NCBI GenBank assembly: GCA_963760795.1
Contig: CAVXEP010000034.1
Span: 47,557-111,556, forward strand
From: an uncultured delta proteobacterium
GTDB lineage: Bacteria > Desulfobacterota > Binatia > UBA9968
Length of the DNA stretch: 64,000 nt
Reading direction: 5' to 3'
Position 1 is the first letter of the stretch; every line of letters begins with the position of its first letter. Shown here piece after piece: positions 1-10,396 of this stretch. The notes below the pieces were generated by a model. It did no database searches and was not told the DNA's origin. It saw nothing but the letters and a program-made list of their open reading frames with translations. The translations under genes and the position numbers were made by a program.

Positions 1-222
1 TCGTGGATTTTCTCGGTGCATGACAACGGTATCGGCATCGACTTGCAATACGCCGAGAGAATTTTTGTTATCTTTCAGCGTCTGCACACTCGAGAAGAAT
101 ATCCCGGCACCGGTATCGGTTTAGCAGTGTGTAAGAAAATCGTCGAGCGCCATGGCGGCAAGATTTGGCTCGATTCGGAGTTGGGCAAGGGATCGACATT
201 TTATTTTTCAATTCCGATGTAA
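1..222 (+). CDS. Sensor histidine kinase, C-terminal HATPase_c part (truncated by window start)
   Basis: DNGIGI...[37 protein letters not shown]...GKGSTF: G1/F/G2 boxes of Cph1-like kinases. Confidence 0.9.
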   Translation, partial: SWIFSVHDNGIGIDLQYAERIFVIFQRLHTREEYPGTGIGLAVCKKIVERHGGKIWLDSELGKGSTFYFSIPM

Positions 223-237
223 TGGAGACATTGCAGC

Positions 238-1893
238 ATGGAATCAGCCAAGAAAGTGCTATTAGTCGAAGACAACCCGGGCGACGCGCGCCTGCTCAAA
301 GAAGCATTGATCGAGGTTCAACCGGCGCCGTTTGCTTTGGTCCATGTCGACCGGTTCATCGCCGCCATCGAGTCGCTCAAACGCGAAACCTTTAGCGCGG
401 TGTTGTTGGATCTCAGCTTACCCGACGCCAAGGGCCTGGACACGATGGTGCGCATGCAGCGCGAAGCCGATGCCGTGCCGATCGTCGTGCTCACCGGCTT
501 GGATGACGATTCGACGGCTTTGGAGGCCATGCGCGCCGGTGCTCAGGATTACCTGATCAAAGGGGAGATCGACGGCAAGCTACTGGTGCGCTCCTTGAGC
601 TACGCGATAGAACGCAAACGGCTTCAGGAGACCACCGTGAAGCAGCTCAACCATATCGTCGTTCTCAAAGACATCAACGCCGCGCTGACCTCGACATTGG
701 AGCTGTCTGAAGTCTTGGACACACTGCTGGAAAAGGTCACGGGTGTCATGCCGCAAGTCGCCGCCACGATTCGTTTGCGCGACAAAGAAAGCGGGCTATT
801 GGAGCCGGTGGCCTGCCGCAATATCGACGAACCCGCATGGAGAGCCGCGATGCTACGCTGGCAGAGTAGCGGTATCATGTCCGACGCCGAGATGGCGCAG
901 AAAGGCTTGCTGCTGATTAACGATCTAGCCAATGATCCGAGGACGGGCGATCCTGAATTCTGCCGGTTGCACGGTTTCACCGCCTACCTCAGCATTCCCT
1001 TCATGGTCAATGACCAAATGCTGGGATTGCTCGCTCTTTATGCCAGGGAGCAGTGCCCTTTTAGCGACGATGAGTTCCAGTTTCTCAGCGCGCTTGCCGG
1101 TCAGGCGTCCGTGGCAATCCACAATTCGCAGGCGCACGGCGAGATCATCAAGCTCGCCAAGGATCTGGAGCGCGCCAATCACGTTAAAGACGAGTTTTTG
1201 GGCGTTATGTCGCATGAGTTGCGCACGCCGCTCAATGTTGCCCGCGGTTACTTGGAGATGTTGCAGAGCGGTTTCTTCGGCGAGGTTTGCGCCGAACAGC
1301 GTGGGCCGCTCGACAAGATCGCCGCCCAACATCGCGTGCAGCTGGGCATGGTCAATAACATCCTGAATGCAATTGCTATGGAGTCGGAAGTCGCCGCGGC
1401 GCATTATGAACTGGTCGTGCTCAGCGATTTTTTCGGTGAATTACAAAACGTTTATCCCCAGCCATTGGACGGCAAAGTGGAATTTTGCTGGGATTGCCCG
1501 CACGACCTGCCGATGGTCAAAAGCGATAAGACCAAACTCCAGTACATCATGCAGAATCTTATCAATAACGCCATCAAGTTCACGCCGGAAGGTTCGATCA
1601 CGGTTTCGGCCAAAGTCGAGGGGCTCGATGGCCTCGCCGCGCCGCCGGCGGCGAAGTGCAACTTGGTGATGTCGGTGACCGATACCGGTGCCGGCATCGC
1701 CGACGAGTTTCAGTCGGTGATTTTTGAGAAGTTTAGCCAGGTCGACAGTTCGAATACTCGGGTGCATGACGGTATCGGTTTGGGTCTGCATATCGTCAAG
1801 CGCTGTACGGCGTTGTTGCAAGGAAAGATCAAAGTCGAAAGCGAGCTCGGCAAAGGCACGGTTTTTACGGTGTGTGTGCCCTGTGAGGTTTGA
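238..1893 (+). CDS. Hybrid response regulator/histidine kinase (REC-GAF-HisKA-HATPase_c)
   Basis: LLVEDN...LLDLSLPD...GAQDYLIK receiver; GAF (YLSIPF...LGLLALY); H-box MSHELRTPL; NLINNAIKFT; DTGAGI; GIGLGL. Confidence 0.92.
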   Translation: MESAKKVLLVEDNPGDARLLKEALIEVQPAPFALVHVDRFIAAIESLKRETFSAVLLDLSLPDAKGLDTMVRMQREADAVPIVVLTGLDDDSTALEAMRAGAQDYLIKGEIDGKLLVRSLSYAIERKRLQETTVKQLNHIVVLKDINAALTSTLELSEVLDTLLEKVTGVMPQVAATIRLRDKESGLLEPVACRNIDEPAWRAAMLRWQSSGIMSDAEMAQKGLLLINDLANDPRTGDPEFCRLHGFTAYLSIPFMVNDQMLGLLALYAREQCPFSDDEFQFLSALAGQASVAIHNSQAHGEIIKLAKDLERANHVKDEFLGVMSHELRTPLNVARGYLEMLQSGFFGEVCAEQRGPLDKIAAQHRVQLGMVNNILNAIAMESEVAAAHYELVVLSDFFGELQNVYPQPLDGKVEFCWDCPHDLPMVKSDKTKLQYIMQNLINNAIKFTPEGSITVSAKVEGLDGLAAPPAAKCNLVMSVTDTGAGIADEFQSVIFEKFSQVDSSNTRVHDGIGLGLHIVKRCTALLQGKIKVESELGKGTVFTVCVPCEV

Positions 1894-1931
1894 GGCAAGA
1901 ATGACGGACAGGATCGCAATGGGAACACGTG

Positions 1932-2040
1932 ATGCAACGGATTATCAAGGACGCGCTGCCGCAACCGGCGAGGCGCGTCGGCATCAGCCAGCCAGGTTGG
2001 CAAAGGCTTGACCTTCCGCATCAGATTTCCCTGCGCCCTC
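1932..2040 (+). pseudogene. Decayed fragment of a histidine-kinase C-terminus
   Basis: Reads MQRIIKD...RVGIS/SQVGKGLTFRIRFPC across one frameshift, resembling an HATPase_c tail (S-x-x-GKG-x-TF). Confidence 0.4.
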
Positions 2041-2123
2041 ATGACGGAATACCCAGGCGCCAAGAGCTCGACTGACAAATCCACTTGACCCCGCGCGCTT
2101 AGGTTCTCTATAGTGCCGGCATT

Positions 2124-3302
2124 ATGATACGCGCCGGAGTCGGACAATCGAGTAACTCTTCTACTGCACAAGCGGTTAGCGAAGCGGCCCAGCAAGCGAT
2201 GGCGCAGGCGGGCATCGGCCGGGCCGACGGTGGAATAATATTTTTCACCGCCGATCACGCGGCTCATGGCCAAGAACTTGTCGCCACCCTTGCGCGGGTC
2301 ATCGACACCGATTGCGTCACGGGATCGAGCGGCGCCGGAGTCTTGACCGGCGCCGGCGAGATCGAAGGCGACCATGGCGTTGCCGTGATGGTGTTTGCCA
2401 CCGATCGTTTTTTTGCCCGGCCATTTATCTTCGAACCGCTGCGCGGCAATGAAGCGAAGCTAGGCGAAACCTTTGGCGGCTTTCTCGCCAAGGCGCAGGA
2501 TGAAAAATCGCTGATGCTGCTGTTTCCCGACACCTACAACGGTAACGCGCAAGAACTTTTGCAGGCGATCGAGGCACGCGCCGGGTTTCATCCAATCGCC
2601 GGCGCCGGCGCTTCTGAGAACGGCGCAGCTGGGGCAACCTATCAGCTATGCGGCGACAAGCTTGGCACCAATGCGCTAGCCGGTATGTATATTTCCGGCG
2701 CCCTCGAGACCCACATCGACATCACTCAAGGCTGCCAGCCGATCACCCAGCCGATGACCATCACCAAGGCGAAAAACAATTTGATCCTTGAGATCGACAA
2801 TCAGCCGGCGTTGGCCGTGTTCGCCAAGCTGCTCAAGGGGCCGTTGGCCGAAGATCTGCGGCGCGCGTTGACGGTCATATTCGTCGGCTTGCCGGCGGAT
2901 CGCAGCGAAAACAGCGTTGCCCCGGGAAAATATCTGGTGCGAAATATTATCGGCTTGGATCCGGACGCGGGCATCGTCGCGGTGGCCGACCAAGTGAGTG
3001 AAGGACAGTCGATGATTTTCACCATGCGCGACGGCCAGCGCGCCCGCGACGACTTGCAAGAGATGTTACAGCGCCAATCAGCGCGCTTGAACGGCAAAAA
3101 GCCCGCCTTCGGTTGCTACTTCAACTGCTGTGCCCGCGGCAGCTCGCTGTACGGCATCTCCGGCATCGACGCCGCTTACATCAAACAGGTGTTAGGCGAC
3201 TTCCCGTTGATCGGCATGTTCGGTGGTTACGAGCTTGCGCCGCTAGGGCGGGCCAATCACCTATTCGCTTACACTGGGGTGCTCGTTTTGGTGACGGAAT
3301 AA
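2124..3302 (+). CDS. FIST N/FIST C domain sensory protein
   Basis: TGSSGAGVL...EIE, TQGCQPI, NLILEIDNQPAL, YFNCCARG, PLIGMFGGYELAP. Confidence 0.9.
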   Translation: MIRAGVGQSSNSSTAQAVSEAAQQAMAQAGIGRADGGIIFFTADHAAHGQELVATLARVIDTDCVTGSSGAGVLTGAGEIEGDHGVAVMVFATDRFFARPFIFEPLRGNEAKLGETFGGFLAKAQDEKSLMLLFPDTYNGNAQELLQAIEARAGFHPIAGAGASENGAAGATYQLCGDKLGTNALAGMYISGALETHIDITQGCQPITQPMTITKAKNNLILEIDNQPALAVFAKLLKGPLAEDLRRALTVIFVGLPADRSENSVAPGKYLVRNIIGLDPDAGIVAVADQVSEGQSMIFTMRDGQRARDDLQEMLQRQSARLNGKKPAFGCYFNCCARGSSLYGISGIDAAYIKQVLGDFPLIGMFGGYELAPLGRANHLFAYTGVLVLVTE

Positions 3303-3427
3303 TGACTCCGTTCAAGGTTCAAGCGTTCAAGGTTCAATGACAGAGGGGCTGCGATTGCAGCTCTCAACTCGTTAGCGGTTTGGAATTTGCTGTCTGAAAT
3401 TTGCGATTCGATAATCGCGCTTCGCGA

Positions 3428-5254
3428 TTACCGGCCGACGCGCTTTTTCTTGTTGTTGAGATAATCGACCATGATGTAGTTGCCCATCTGGTCGGGCGTC
3501 GTGTAGAAGACCCGTCCGATGTTCAAGCGCGATAGCTGGTCGACGAATCCCTGGCGGTAGTAATCGGCGCCGAGCATGAAGGTGTTGATCTTGATGCCGC
3601 TCTGGGTGCAGCGTTTCACTTCTTTCAAGGTTTCGTGCACGATCCGGCCGTGCAGCATCGCCGAGCCCCAGCCGCTATGCAGCCGGCCACCGCGGTCGAG
3701 GGTTGCCGCTGTCGGCTCGCCGTCGGTGATCAATATTATCTGCCGGTTGGCGCTGCGATTCGATCCCAACAGCTGGCGCGCGTAGCGCAAGGCTTCTTTG
3801 ATATCCGTGCCATGCTCCATGAAGTAGGTGAGCGAAACGATGGACGGCAGATCTTCGGCTTGAATCAACTTGGCATTGGAACGAAATGCCACCAGGTGGA
3901 GCGTGTCCTGGGGATATTTCGTCTGGATCAGGCGATGCAGCGCCAGGGCGACTTTCTTGCCAGCGTGGAGCGCGTCGTTCATCAGCATCGAGTAGCTCAC
4001 GTCGATCAACAAAGCGGTCTCGGCGACAGTCGAATACTCGACCCGGTGCACTGAGAAATCTTCCGGGTGAATTCTCAGCGGCTCGCCTTGCTTGCGTCTC
4101 TCTAACGCGTTGAGCACCGTCTCGCTGATATTGATGTTCATCGGGTCGCCATACTCGTAGAGCTTGGTTTCTTCCATGTGCTCGCCCTGGGAGCCGCGCG
4201 CGGAAGTGTCATGATTGCCCCAGCGGCTTTTGTTGAGCATCTGAAAGATTTCGCGGAGCGCCTTATCGCCGATCTTACGCATGCCTTTGGCGGTCAGCTT
4301 TAGGCCGTGGCTGCCGCGAACGATAAAGCCTTCCTCTTCGAGCATCTGCTCGACATTCTGCAAATATTTTAGATTCTCGTAAGCTTCTTCGCCGAGGATC
4401 TCGCGCAGCTCGTCTAGATTCAAATCCGATGGATCGCCCATGCCGCGCTGGCCCCAGCGCAGAAAGCGTTCCAGGCCGCGCAACTGGCTCAACACCTGCC
4501 CGGCCTCGCCCATGCCCATGCGCTGGGAGCCCTGGAACGGGAACTGGTTCATCAACTGTTCCAACTGCTGCATCTGATTCATCATGTCGCTCATCTGCTG
4601 CAGCTGTTCCTCGGTCATGTTGCTCATGTTTTCCAACATGCTTTCGAGGTTGTTGATGGCGTTGTCCATCATGCTCGGCAAGTTTTTGAGGAAGTCCTCG
4701 TTGTTCAATAGCTCGCTCATGCGGTCGAGCATGTCCATCAGCGACTGCGGGTTCTGCTCGCCGCTCATGTTCGGCTTGCCTTGCATGCCGCGTTCTTGGA
4801 TCTGCTGCTTCAAGCGTTGCTGCAGCTCCTGGTAGCGCTGGTAGGCCTCCGACATTTTCTGACCGAGTTCGTCCATGCGGTCGGCGAACTTGCCGGACAT
4901 GCGCTCCATGAAGTTGCGCATCTGCTCATTGTAGGCTTCCATCTTGTCGGCGAGGTTGCCAAGCTTTTCACTGAGCTTTTGCTGCTCTTCAGGGGTCAGT
5001 TTGAAAGAGTCGGGGGAGTATTTATTGAGCAGCTCGCGGCGCTTCTCATCGGCCTGGCGCAGGAAATCGCGCATGCCTTTGACCGAGCGCTGGCCGTCTT
5101 CGGAGGTAAAGCCCCGCCGCATCATGTCGCGCAAGGCGCGGCGCACGCCCTCTTCCTCTAGCAGATGGTCGGAGAGCTGGTTGATGATGTCGTCGGTAGT
5201 GGGAAAGAGAATTTCCTGCGTGCCATCCCACTGGGTGTAACGATGGATTCTCAT
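3428..5254 (-). CDS. VWA domain-containing protein with long Met/Gln-rich helical N-terminal region
   Basis: RYTQWDGTQ N-terminus; LKLTAKGMRKIGDKAL; MIDAS DVSYS...GTDI...ITDGEPT. Confidence 0.85.
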   Translation of the reverse strand: MRIHRYTQWDGTQEILFPTTDDIINQLSDHLLEEEGVRRALRDMMRRGFTSEDGQRSVKGMRDFLRQADEKRRELLNKYSPDSFKLTPEEQQKLSEKLGNLADKMEAYNEQMRNFMERMSGKFADRMDELGQKMSEAYQRYQELQQRLKQQIQERGMQGKPNMSGEQNPQSLMDMLDRMSELLNNEDFLKNLPSMMDNAINNLESMLENMSNMTEEQLQQMSDMMNQMQQLEQLMNQFPFQGSQRMGMGEAGQVLSQLRGLERFLRWGQRGMGDPSDLNLDELREILGEEAYENLKYLQNVEQMLEEEGFIVRGSHGLKLTAKGMRKIGDKALREIFQMLNKSRWGNHDTSARGSQGEHMEETKLYEYGDPMNINISETVLNALERRKQGEPLRIHPEDFSVHRVEYSTVAETALLIDVSYSMLMNDALHAGKKVALALHRLIQTKYPQDTLHLVAFRSNAKLIQAEDLPSIVSLTYFMEHGTDIKEALRYARQLLGSNRSANRQIILITDGEPTAATLDRGGRLHSGWGSAMLHGRIVHETLKEVKRCTQSGIKINTFMLGADYYRQGFVDQLSRLNIGRVFYTTPDQMGNYIMVDYLNNKKKRVGR

Positions 5255-5401
5255 TTGCGTTGGACTATAGCGCAGTTCCTGCTCGTTTCAAACCCAAAAT
5301 ATTGCCGTCGCCTTGGACCCCGAGGAGGCCGCGAAAACTCCGACCTAACCCTTTGGAAATGGCGCGGACTTCGTATAGAAATTAGAGAGCGATCAATTAC
5401 C

Positions 5402-6527
5402 ATGAAACATTTTGCTTACGTCATTGTCGGCGCCGGTTTCGCCGGCGCCGCCACCGCTTACCATTTGGCTCGCCAGGGGGTTGCCGATGTCCTGGTTTTG
5501 GAACAGGAAAGCATCCCGGGATTTCACGCTTCAGGACGCAATGCGGCGATGCTGCGCCAGTGTATCGCCGAGCCCGACCTGACTAAGCTGGCGCTCGATG
5601 GCGCGGCGTTTATCCGCAACCTGCCGGCGGATTGGCCGGAGCCGGTGCTATTCAAGAACAACGGCTCGTTGTTACTCGGCAGCGGTGCCGGCTGGGAAAA
5701 GCTAAAACGGGATGGCGAGATTGGCCGGAGTGTCGGCGTTCCCGGTATCGCCGAGTGGTCGCCGGAACAGAGCGATCGGCCATGTGCCGGTGCTCAAAGA
5801 GGCTGAGTTCGACGGCGCGCTGTGGTGCGCCAGCGACGGCGTCGTCGACATTCATGCGCTCTTGTCAGGTTATCTAAAGTTCGCCGCCAGCCGGGGCGCG
5901 CAGATTCGCTACAGTGCCGGGCTTCGGGCCGTGCGCGCGCGTCAGGGCGCGGATATCGAGTTGGATACCGCCGAGGGCGTCGTGAGTTGCAAGGTCTTAG
6001 TCAATGCCAGCGGCGCCTGGGCGAACGTCGTTGCTGAGTTGGCCGGCGCACGGCCACTGCCGTTGCGCGCCTGCCGGCGCCACTTGTTTGTCTCGCCGCC
6101 GCTGGCGTGGATCGATCGCAGTTGGCCGTTTGTCTGGGACGTCACCCATGATATCTATTTTCGCCCGGAGGGTGACGGCTTGCTGCTCTGTGCTTGCGAC
6201 CAGACCGAATTAGCGCCGGGCGATCCGCCGGTGGATGAATGCGTTAAAGAAATGCTCGCCGAGAAAATCCAGCGCCATATGCCGGGCCTATCCGAAGTGT
6301 CCATCAGCCGCGGCTGGGCCGGATTGCGCACGCTGACCCCGGACGGCCGCTTCGTCATAGGTTGGGACAAGAAAGTCGATGGGCTGTTCTGGGTCGCCGG
6401 CCTCGGCGGTCATGGCATGACGACCAGCGCGGCGGTGGGTGAGTTGGCGGCGGCGTTGCTGGTTGGCGGGCCGGGCCAGCGCTCGGCGCCGTTTGCGCCG
6501 GAGCGATTCGATGAAGAATTGGTGTAA
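5402..6527 (+). CDS. FAD-dependent oxidoreductase, DAO/glycine-sarcosine oxidase family (frameshift near 5771)
   Basis: IVGAGFAG, HASGRNAA, VNASGAWA, WAGLRTLTPDG, GLGGHGM; ORFs 5165-5806 and 5712-6527 join on removing one base at CAG-A-GCG. Confidence 0.85.
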
Positions 6528-6542
6528 TGGAGTTGTGCGTTA

Positions 6543-7493
6543 ATGGAGTACTGGAGAAGATCAAGTCATCAGTGGATCATTGTCCTGGTGGCGCTGCTTG
6601 CCGCCGTTTCGCTGGGTGATGCGGCGCAACCGACCAAAGTGCGCATGTCCTACTCGAGCCGGAGTAACTCGAACACGCCGTTTGTCATCGCCTATCGCAA
6701 GGGCTTCTTTGCCGAGGAGGGGATGGACGTGGAGATGATCCAAGTCAATCCGCGGCTGGGCGCCACCGCGTTGCTAAACGGCGATATCGATTTTACCGCA
6801 ACCTTCGGCAGCACGTTGCGCGGCATTGTCGGCGGCTTTCCGATCAAGTTTGTCGCCGTGTCGGTGAAAAAGTCCGAACACTTCTTAATCGTCAGGCCGG
6901 AGATCAAAGAAATTCGCGATCTCAACGGCAAGAAACTCGGCGTCGCGACGCTGTTCGGTTCGGATCAAAAGGCCGCCGAAGAAATGATCCGCGCCAAAGG
7001 TTTTTCCCCGAACATGATCAAGCCGATCACGCTCGGCGAAGCGCCGGTGCGGGCGCAGGCGCTGCGCTCGGGGTTGGTCGATGCGATCTCGGTTTCCTCG
7101 CCCTTCGATTTGAGCCTGCAAACCGAGGGCTTTCGCGCCTTGGCCGGGCCCAAGGATATCGAAATTGCCTTGCCGACTTCCGGCATCGCGGTGGCCACCC
7201 GCTTGCTGCAACAGAATCCCCAGCATGTAAAACGAGTGGTGCGGGCGTTGATGAAGGCGCACCGTTTCGTTTTCGACAATCGCAAAGAAGTGGTGCCGCA
7301 GATGATCCGTTATCTGGAGCAGAGCCCTGAGGTGGCCGAACGGTCCTACGACCTGATAGTTAACTCGCTCAGCCGCAACGGCGAGATCACCGATCATGAG
7401 TGGGAAGTGCTGACCGAGAAAAAGAAGACGGCGGATGAGGTGCGCGATTTCACGCTGCTGCGCGAAGTGCAGAAAGAATTGAAGATTCGATGA
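6543..7493 (+). CDS. ABC-type substrate-binding protein, NMT1/THI5 (SsuA/TauA-like)
   Basis: Signal peptide; KGFFAEEGMDVE; ALLNGDIDF; DLNGKKLGV. Confidence 0.85.
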   Translation: MEYWRRSSHQWIIVLVALLAAVSLGDAAQPTKVRMSYSSRSNSNTPFVIAYRKGFFAEEGMDVEMIQVNPRLGATALLNGDIDFTATFGSTLRGIVGGFPIKFVAVSVKKSEHFLIVRPEIKEIRDLNGKKLGVATLFGSDQKAAEEMIRAKGFSPNMIKPITLGEAPVRAQALRSGLVDAISVSSPFDLSLQTEGFRALAGPKDIEIALPTSGIAVATRLLQQNPQHVKRVVRALMKAHRFVFDNRKEVVPQMIRYLEQSPEVAERSYDLIVNSLSRNGEITDHEWEVLTEKKKTADEVRDFTLLREVQKELKIR

Positions 7494-7603
7494 CGGAGCA
7501 CTAAGCGTTGGGACGTCTCCCAGCGTCAGCCTGGACAGGACGCCACCTGACGCAATATTTCCGATGTTTTTGCCAGACGTACCGACCAGTCGCGAGGTGA
7601 CAC

Positions 7604-8380
7604 ATGAACATTGCTATCGAACGAGGAAAAAAATATTCCTCACAGGAAGCCAAGGCGATCGTCGATGGACTCTATGCCAAAGTGCGCGAGCGCTGGGAGG
7701 CGCGGGTCAATCAAAAGCCGTTCATGCAGCAGTTGATGGCCGGCAGGCTGCCGCATAAAACCTTGCAGCTGTTTTTTCGCAACTGGGGCGCGTACACCAT
7801 CGAGATCAACACGCTGACCGCTTGCACCTACCATCGCAATATCACCTTTCTCAAGGTGAATCGCGATCTGATGGGGCCGATTGGCGAGAAGATCGCCGAC
7901 GAGTTTATTCATCCCAAACCGCCGGGCCATTTTCTCGTCATGATGGAAACGGCGAAAGCGCTGGGTCTCAGCGAAGACGAAGTTTTCACCTCCTCGATGC
8001 TGTCGGAATTTCGCGGCAAGATCGATTTCATGCGCACCATCGTTTACGAGGGTTCGGCGGCGGAGTGGTACTCGGCGGTGACCACCGAGGAGCAGATCGG
8101 CCACTGGTCGGCGGCCTGTTACCAAGCGCTAACCACGCATTATGGTTTTGACCGCGCCAAAGCCACTTATTTCGCCACTCATGTCGAAGCGGACTTGGAA
8201 GAGCATGAAGAGGGCATCATGGGCCACGCGAGTTTCAATCGCATGGCGTTGCAGCGGCTGCTCGAAACCGGCATGGCTGAAGAGCGGCCGACCTATGGTT
8301 TGGAATACTGCGCCATGACTTCGGTGGACCTGCACGGCGCGATGCTGCGCTCGGCCATGGATGAAGCGGAGCGGGGGTAG
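7604..8380 (+). CDS. Heme-oxygenase-like (PqqC/CADD/TenA fold) putative dimetal redox enzyme
   Basis: Helical protein with CADD-type ligand spacing: ADE...GH, TEE, YFATHVEADLEEH. Confidence 0.75.
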   Translation: MNIAIERGKKYSSQEAKAIVDGLYAKVRERWEARVNQKPFMQQLMAGRLPHKTLQLFFRNWGAYTIEINTLTACTYHRNITFLKVNRDLMGPIGEKIADEFIHPKPPGHFLVMMETAKALGLSEDEVFTSSMLSEFRGKIDFMRTIVYEGSAAEWYSAVTTEEQIGHWSAACYQALTTHYGFDRAKATYFATHVEADLEEHEEGIMGHASFNRMALQRLLETGMAEERPTYGLEYCAMTSVDLHGAMLRSAMDEAERG

Positions 8381-8489
8381 AAAGATTCACCACGGAGGGC
8401 ACAGAAATCACAGAGTGAAGATTCGGATTCGTAATGTTGGCCGCAAAGAACGCAAAAGGCGCAAATGAAGAATACTTTCGGAGGTTTCT

Positions 8490-9414
8490 ATGAAAGAAGT
8501 TAGAGGCATGGTGTTACCGAGTCCGACGGTGTTTCGCGAGGATGGCAGGGTCGACGAGCCGCTCATGCGCGAGCTGACCGAATGGTTTGTCGCCAGCGGC
8601 GTACAGGCGTTTTTTATTCTGGGCTCCTACGGCCAGGGGGCGGCGATGCATCCGGAGGAGCGCAAAAACGTCGCCGAGATCGTGGTCCAACAAGTGAAGC
8701 ATCGGGTGCCGGTGGTGGTGCATATCGGCGCGGTCGATCCCTTATACCGCCATCGACCTCGGCCAGCATGCCAAGGCGATCGGTGCCGAGGCCATCGGCC
8801 ATGTCGGGCCTTACTATTACGCTGACCGCTCGGAGTACGAGATTATCGAGCATATTAAAATGGTCGACCGTGCCGTTGGCATGCCCATGCTCATCTACAA
8901 CAACCCGCGCTATTCCGGCTATAACATTCAGCCCAACTTCATGGCGCGTCTGGTCGAAGCCGTGCCGAATATTTTCGGCGCCAAGCTGGCGATGGGCAGC
9001 GTCGATGAAGCGATGGCTTACATGAAGGCGGTCAAGGCACCTTTCGCGCCCTACGCGTTGGCGAGCAACTTGGTTGCAGCGATGTCGGTGGGCGTCGCCG
9101 GGACGATTAGTCCGCCCTTGGCGGTGACCCCGGAGATCGGCGTCGAGTTGGTCCGCGCCATCGACGCCGGCGACGCTGTGCGCGCCCTGGCGTTGCAGAA
9201 AGACGTGATCCGCATTCACGATATTTTCCTGCGTTTGGCCGGTCCATTTGGCCGGACTATCTATCGCGAAGCGATGCGGCTGCGCGGTTTCGACGTGAAA
9301 ATGTATCCGCGTTGGCCGTCCAAGCCGCTCAGCCGCGAGGCCTACGACGAGCTGCGCGACTTGCTCACCGAACTGAAAATTATCGCCGTGGCCGGTCAAG
9401 TGAGGAGTGCCTAG
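8490..9414 (+). CDS. Dihydrodipicolinate synthase/N-acetylneuraminate lyase family aldolase (frameshift near 8741)
   Basis: TVFREDGRVD, LGSYGQG, VPVVVHIG, LIYNNP (Tyr), GAKLA (Schiff-base Lys). Confidence 0.85.
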
Positions 9415-9419
9415 GCGGC

Positions 9420-10365
9420 ATGAAGATAAACCGTCTGCTTGGGATCGTTACTATCTTAAGTTTCGGCTCGCTTGCCGGCTCCGCGGCCCGCGCCGAAGAG
9501 CGTGTGCGGGTCGCGTTGTCGGTGCGCAACGTGGTCTTTCTGCCTTTTTACTACGCCAAAGCGCTGCGCATTTACGATAAGCATGGGCTCAACGTCGAGC
9601 TGATTCAGATGCGCAGCGATTTGCAGTTGGCGGGCTTGGTGTCTGGTGAAATCGACTTACACGCCATCGGTGGGCCCGGCGGGAACGGCCATCGCCAACT
9701 CGCTGCCGATCAAGGCGCTGGCAATACTCTACCGGGCACCGCTGTTTTCTCTCGTCAGCCCGGCGGGCACCGCCAACGCGAAAGAGTTGGAGGGTAAGAA
9801 AGTCGCGGTGTCGCGCATCGGCTCGGAAAGCCATCGTTATGGTTCGCTAATGATCGAGAGTGCCGGCGCCGACCCGAAGAAGGTGACCTTCATCCAGACC
9901 GGCAGCACGACGATCAGCCTGGCGGCGATTCAACAGGGAACCGTCAACGCGGCGGTATTGAGCCCGCCGTTTACCGGTATGATGGCGGAAAAAGGTTATA
10001 AAATTCTTGCTCGAAGCCGGTCGTTGGCCGAAGCGCCCTGGCTCGGTCTGGTCGCCAATCGCCAGAAGATAGACAAACAGCCGGAGCAGGTGCGCAACAT
10101 GCTGCGCTCCATGCGCGATGTGGTGGCGGTGATGCGGCGCGACCGCGCCGGCGTGATTAGCTATATCGAGAAGGATTTCAAAGTGAGCACGGCCAACGCC
10201 ACCGAATCCTACGAGGACATCATGGGCGTGACCATGGATAATTTAACCCTGCGCGACGAGCAGATCCAAAAATATCTCGACAATTCCTTGGCCCGCGGCG
10301 AAATCGGCAAACGGCTTATGGTCAATGAAATGTTCGATTTTTCGTTGCTGCGCAGTTTGAAATAG
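9420..10365 (+). CDS. ABC-type substrate-binding protein, NMT1/THI5 family (frameshift near 9657)
   Basis: Signal peptide; KHGLNVELIQM; LVSGEID/YT; ELEGKKVAVSRIGS. Confidence 0.82.
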
Positions 10366-10396
10366 GTTTTTGCTGAATACCGCCAAAGGAAGAAGC

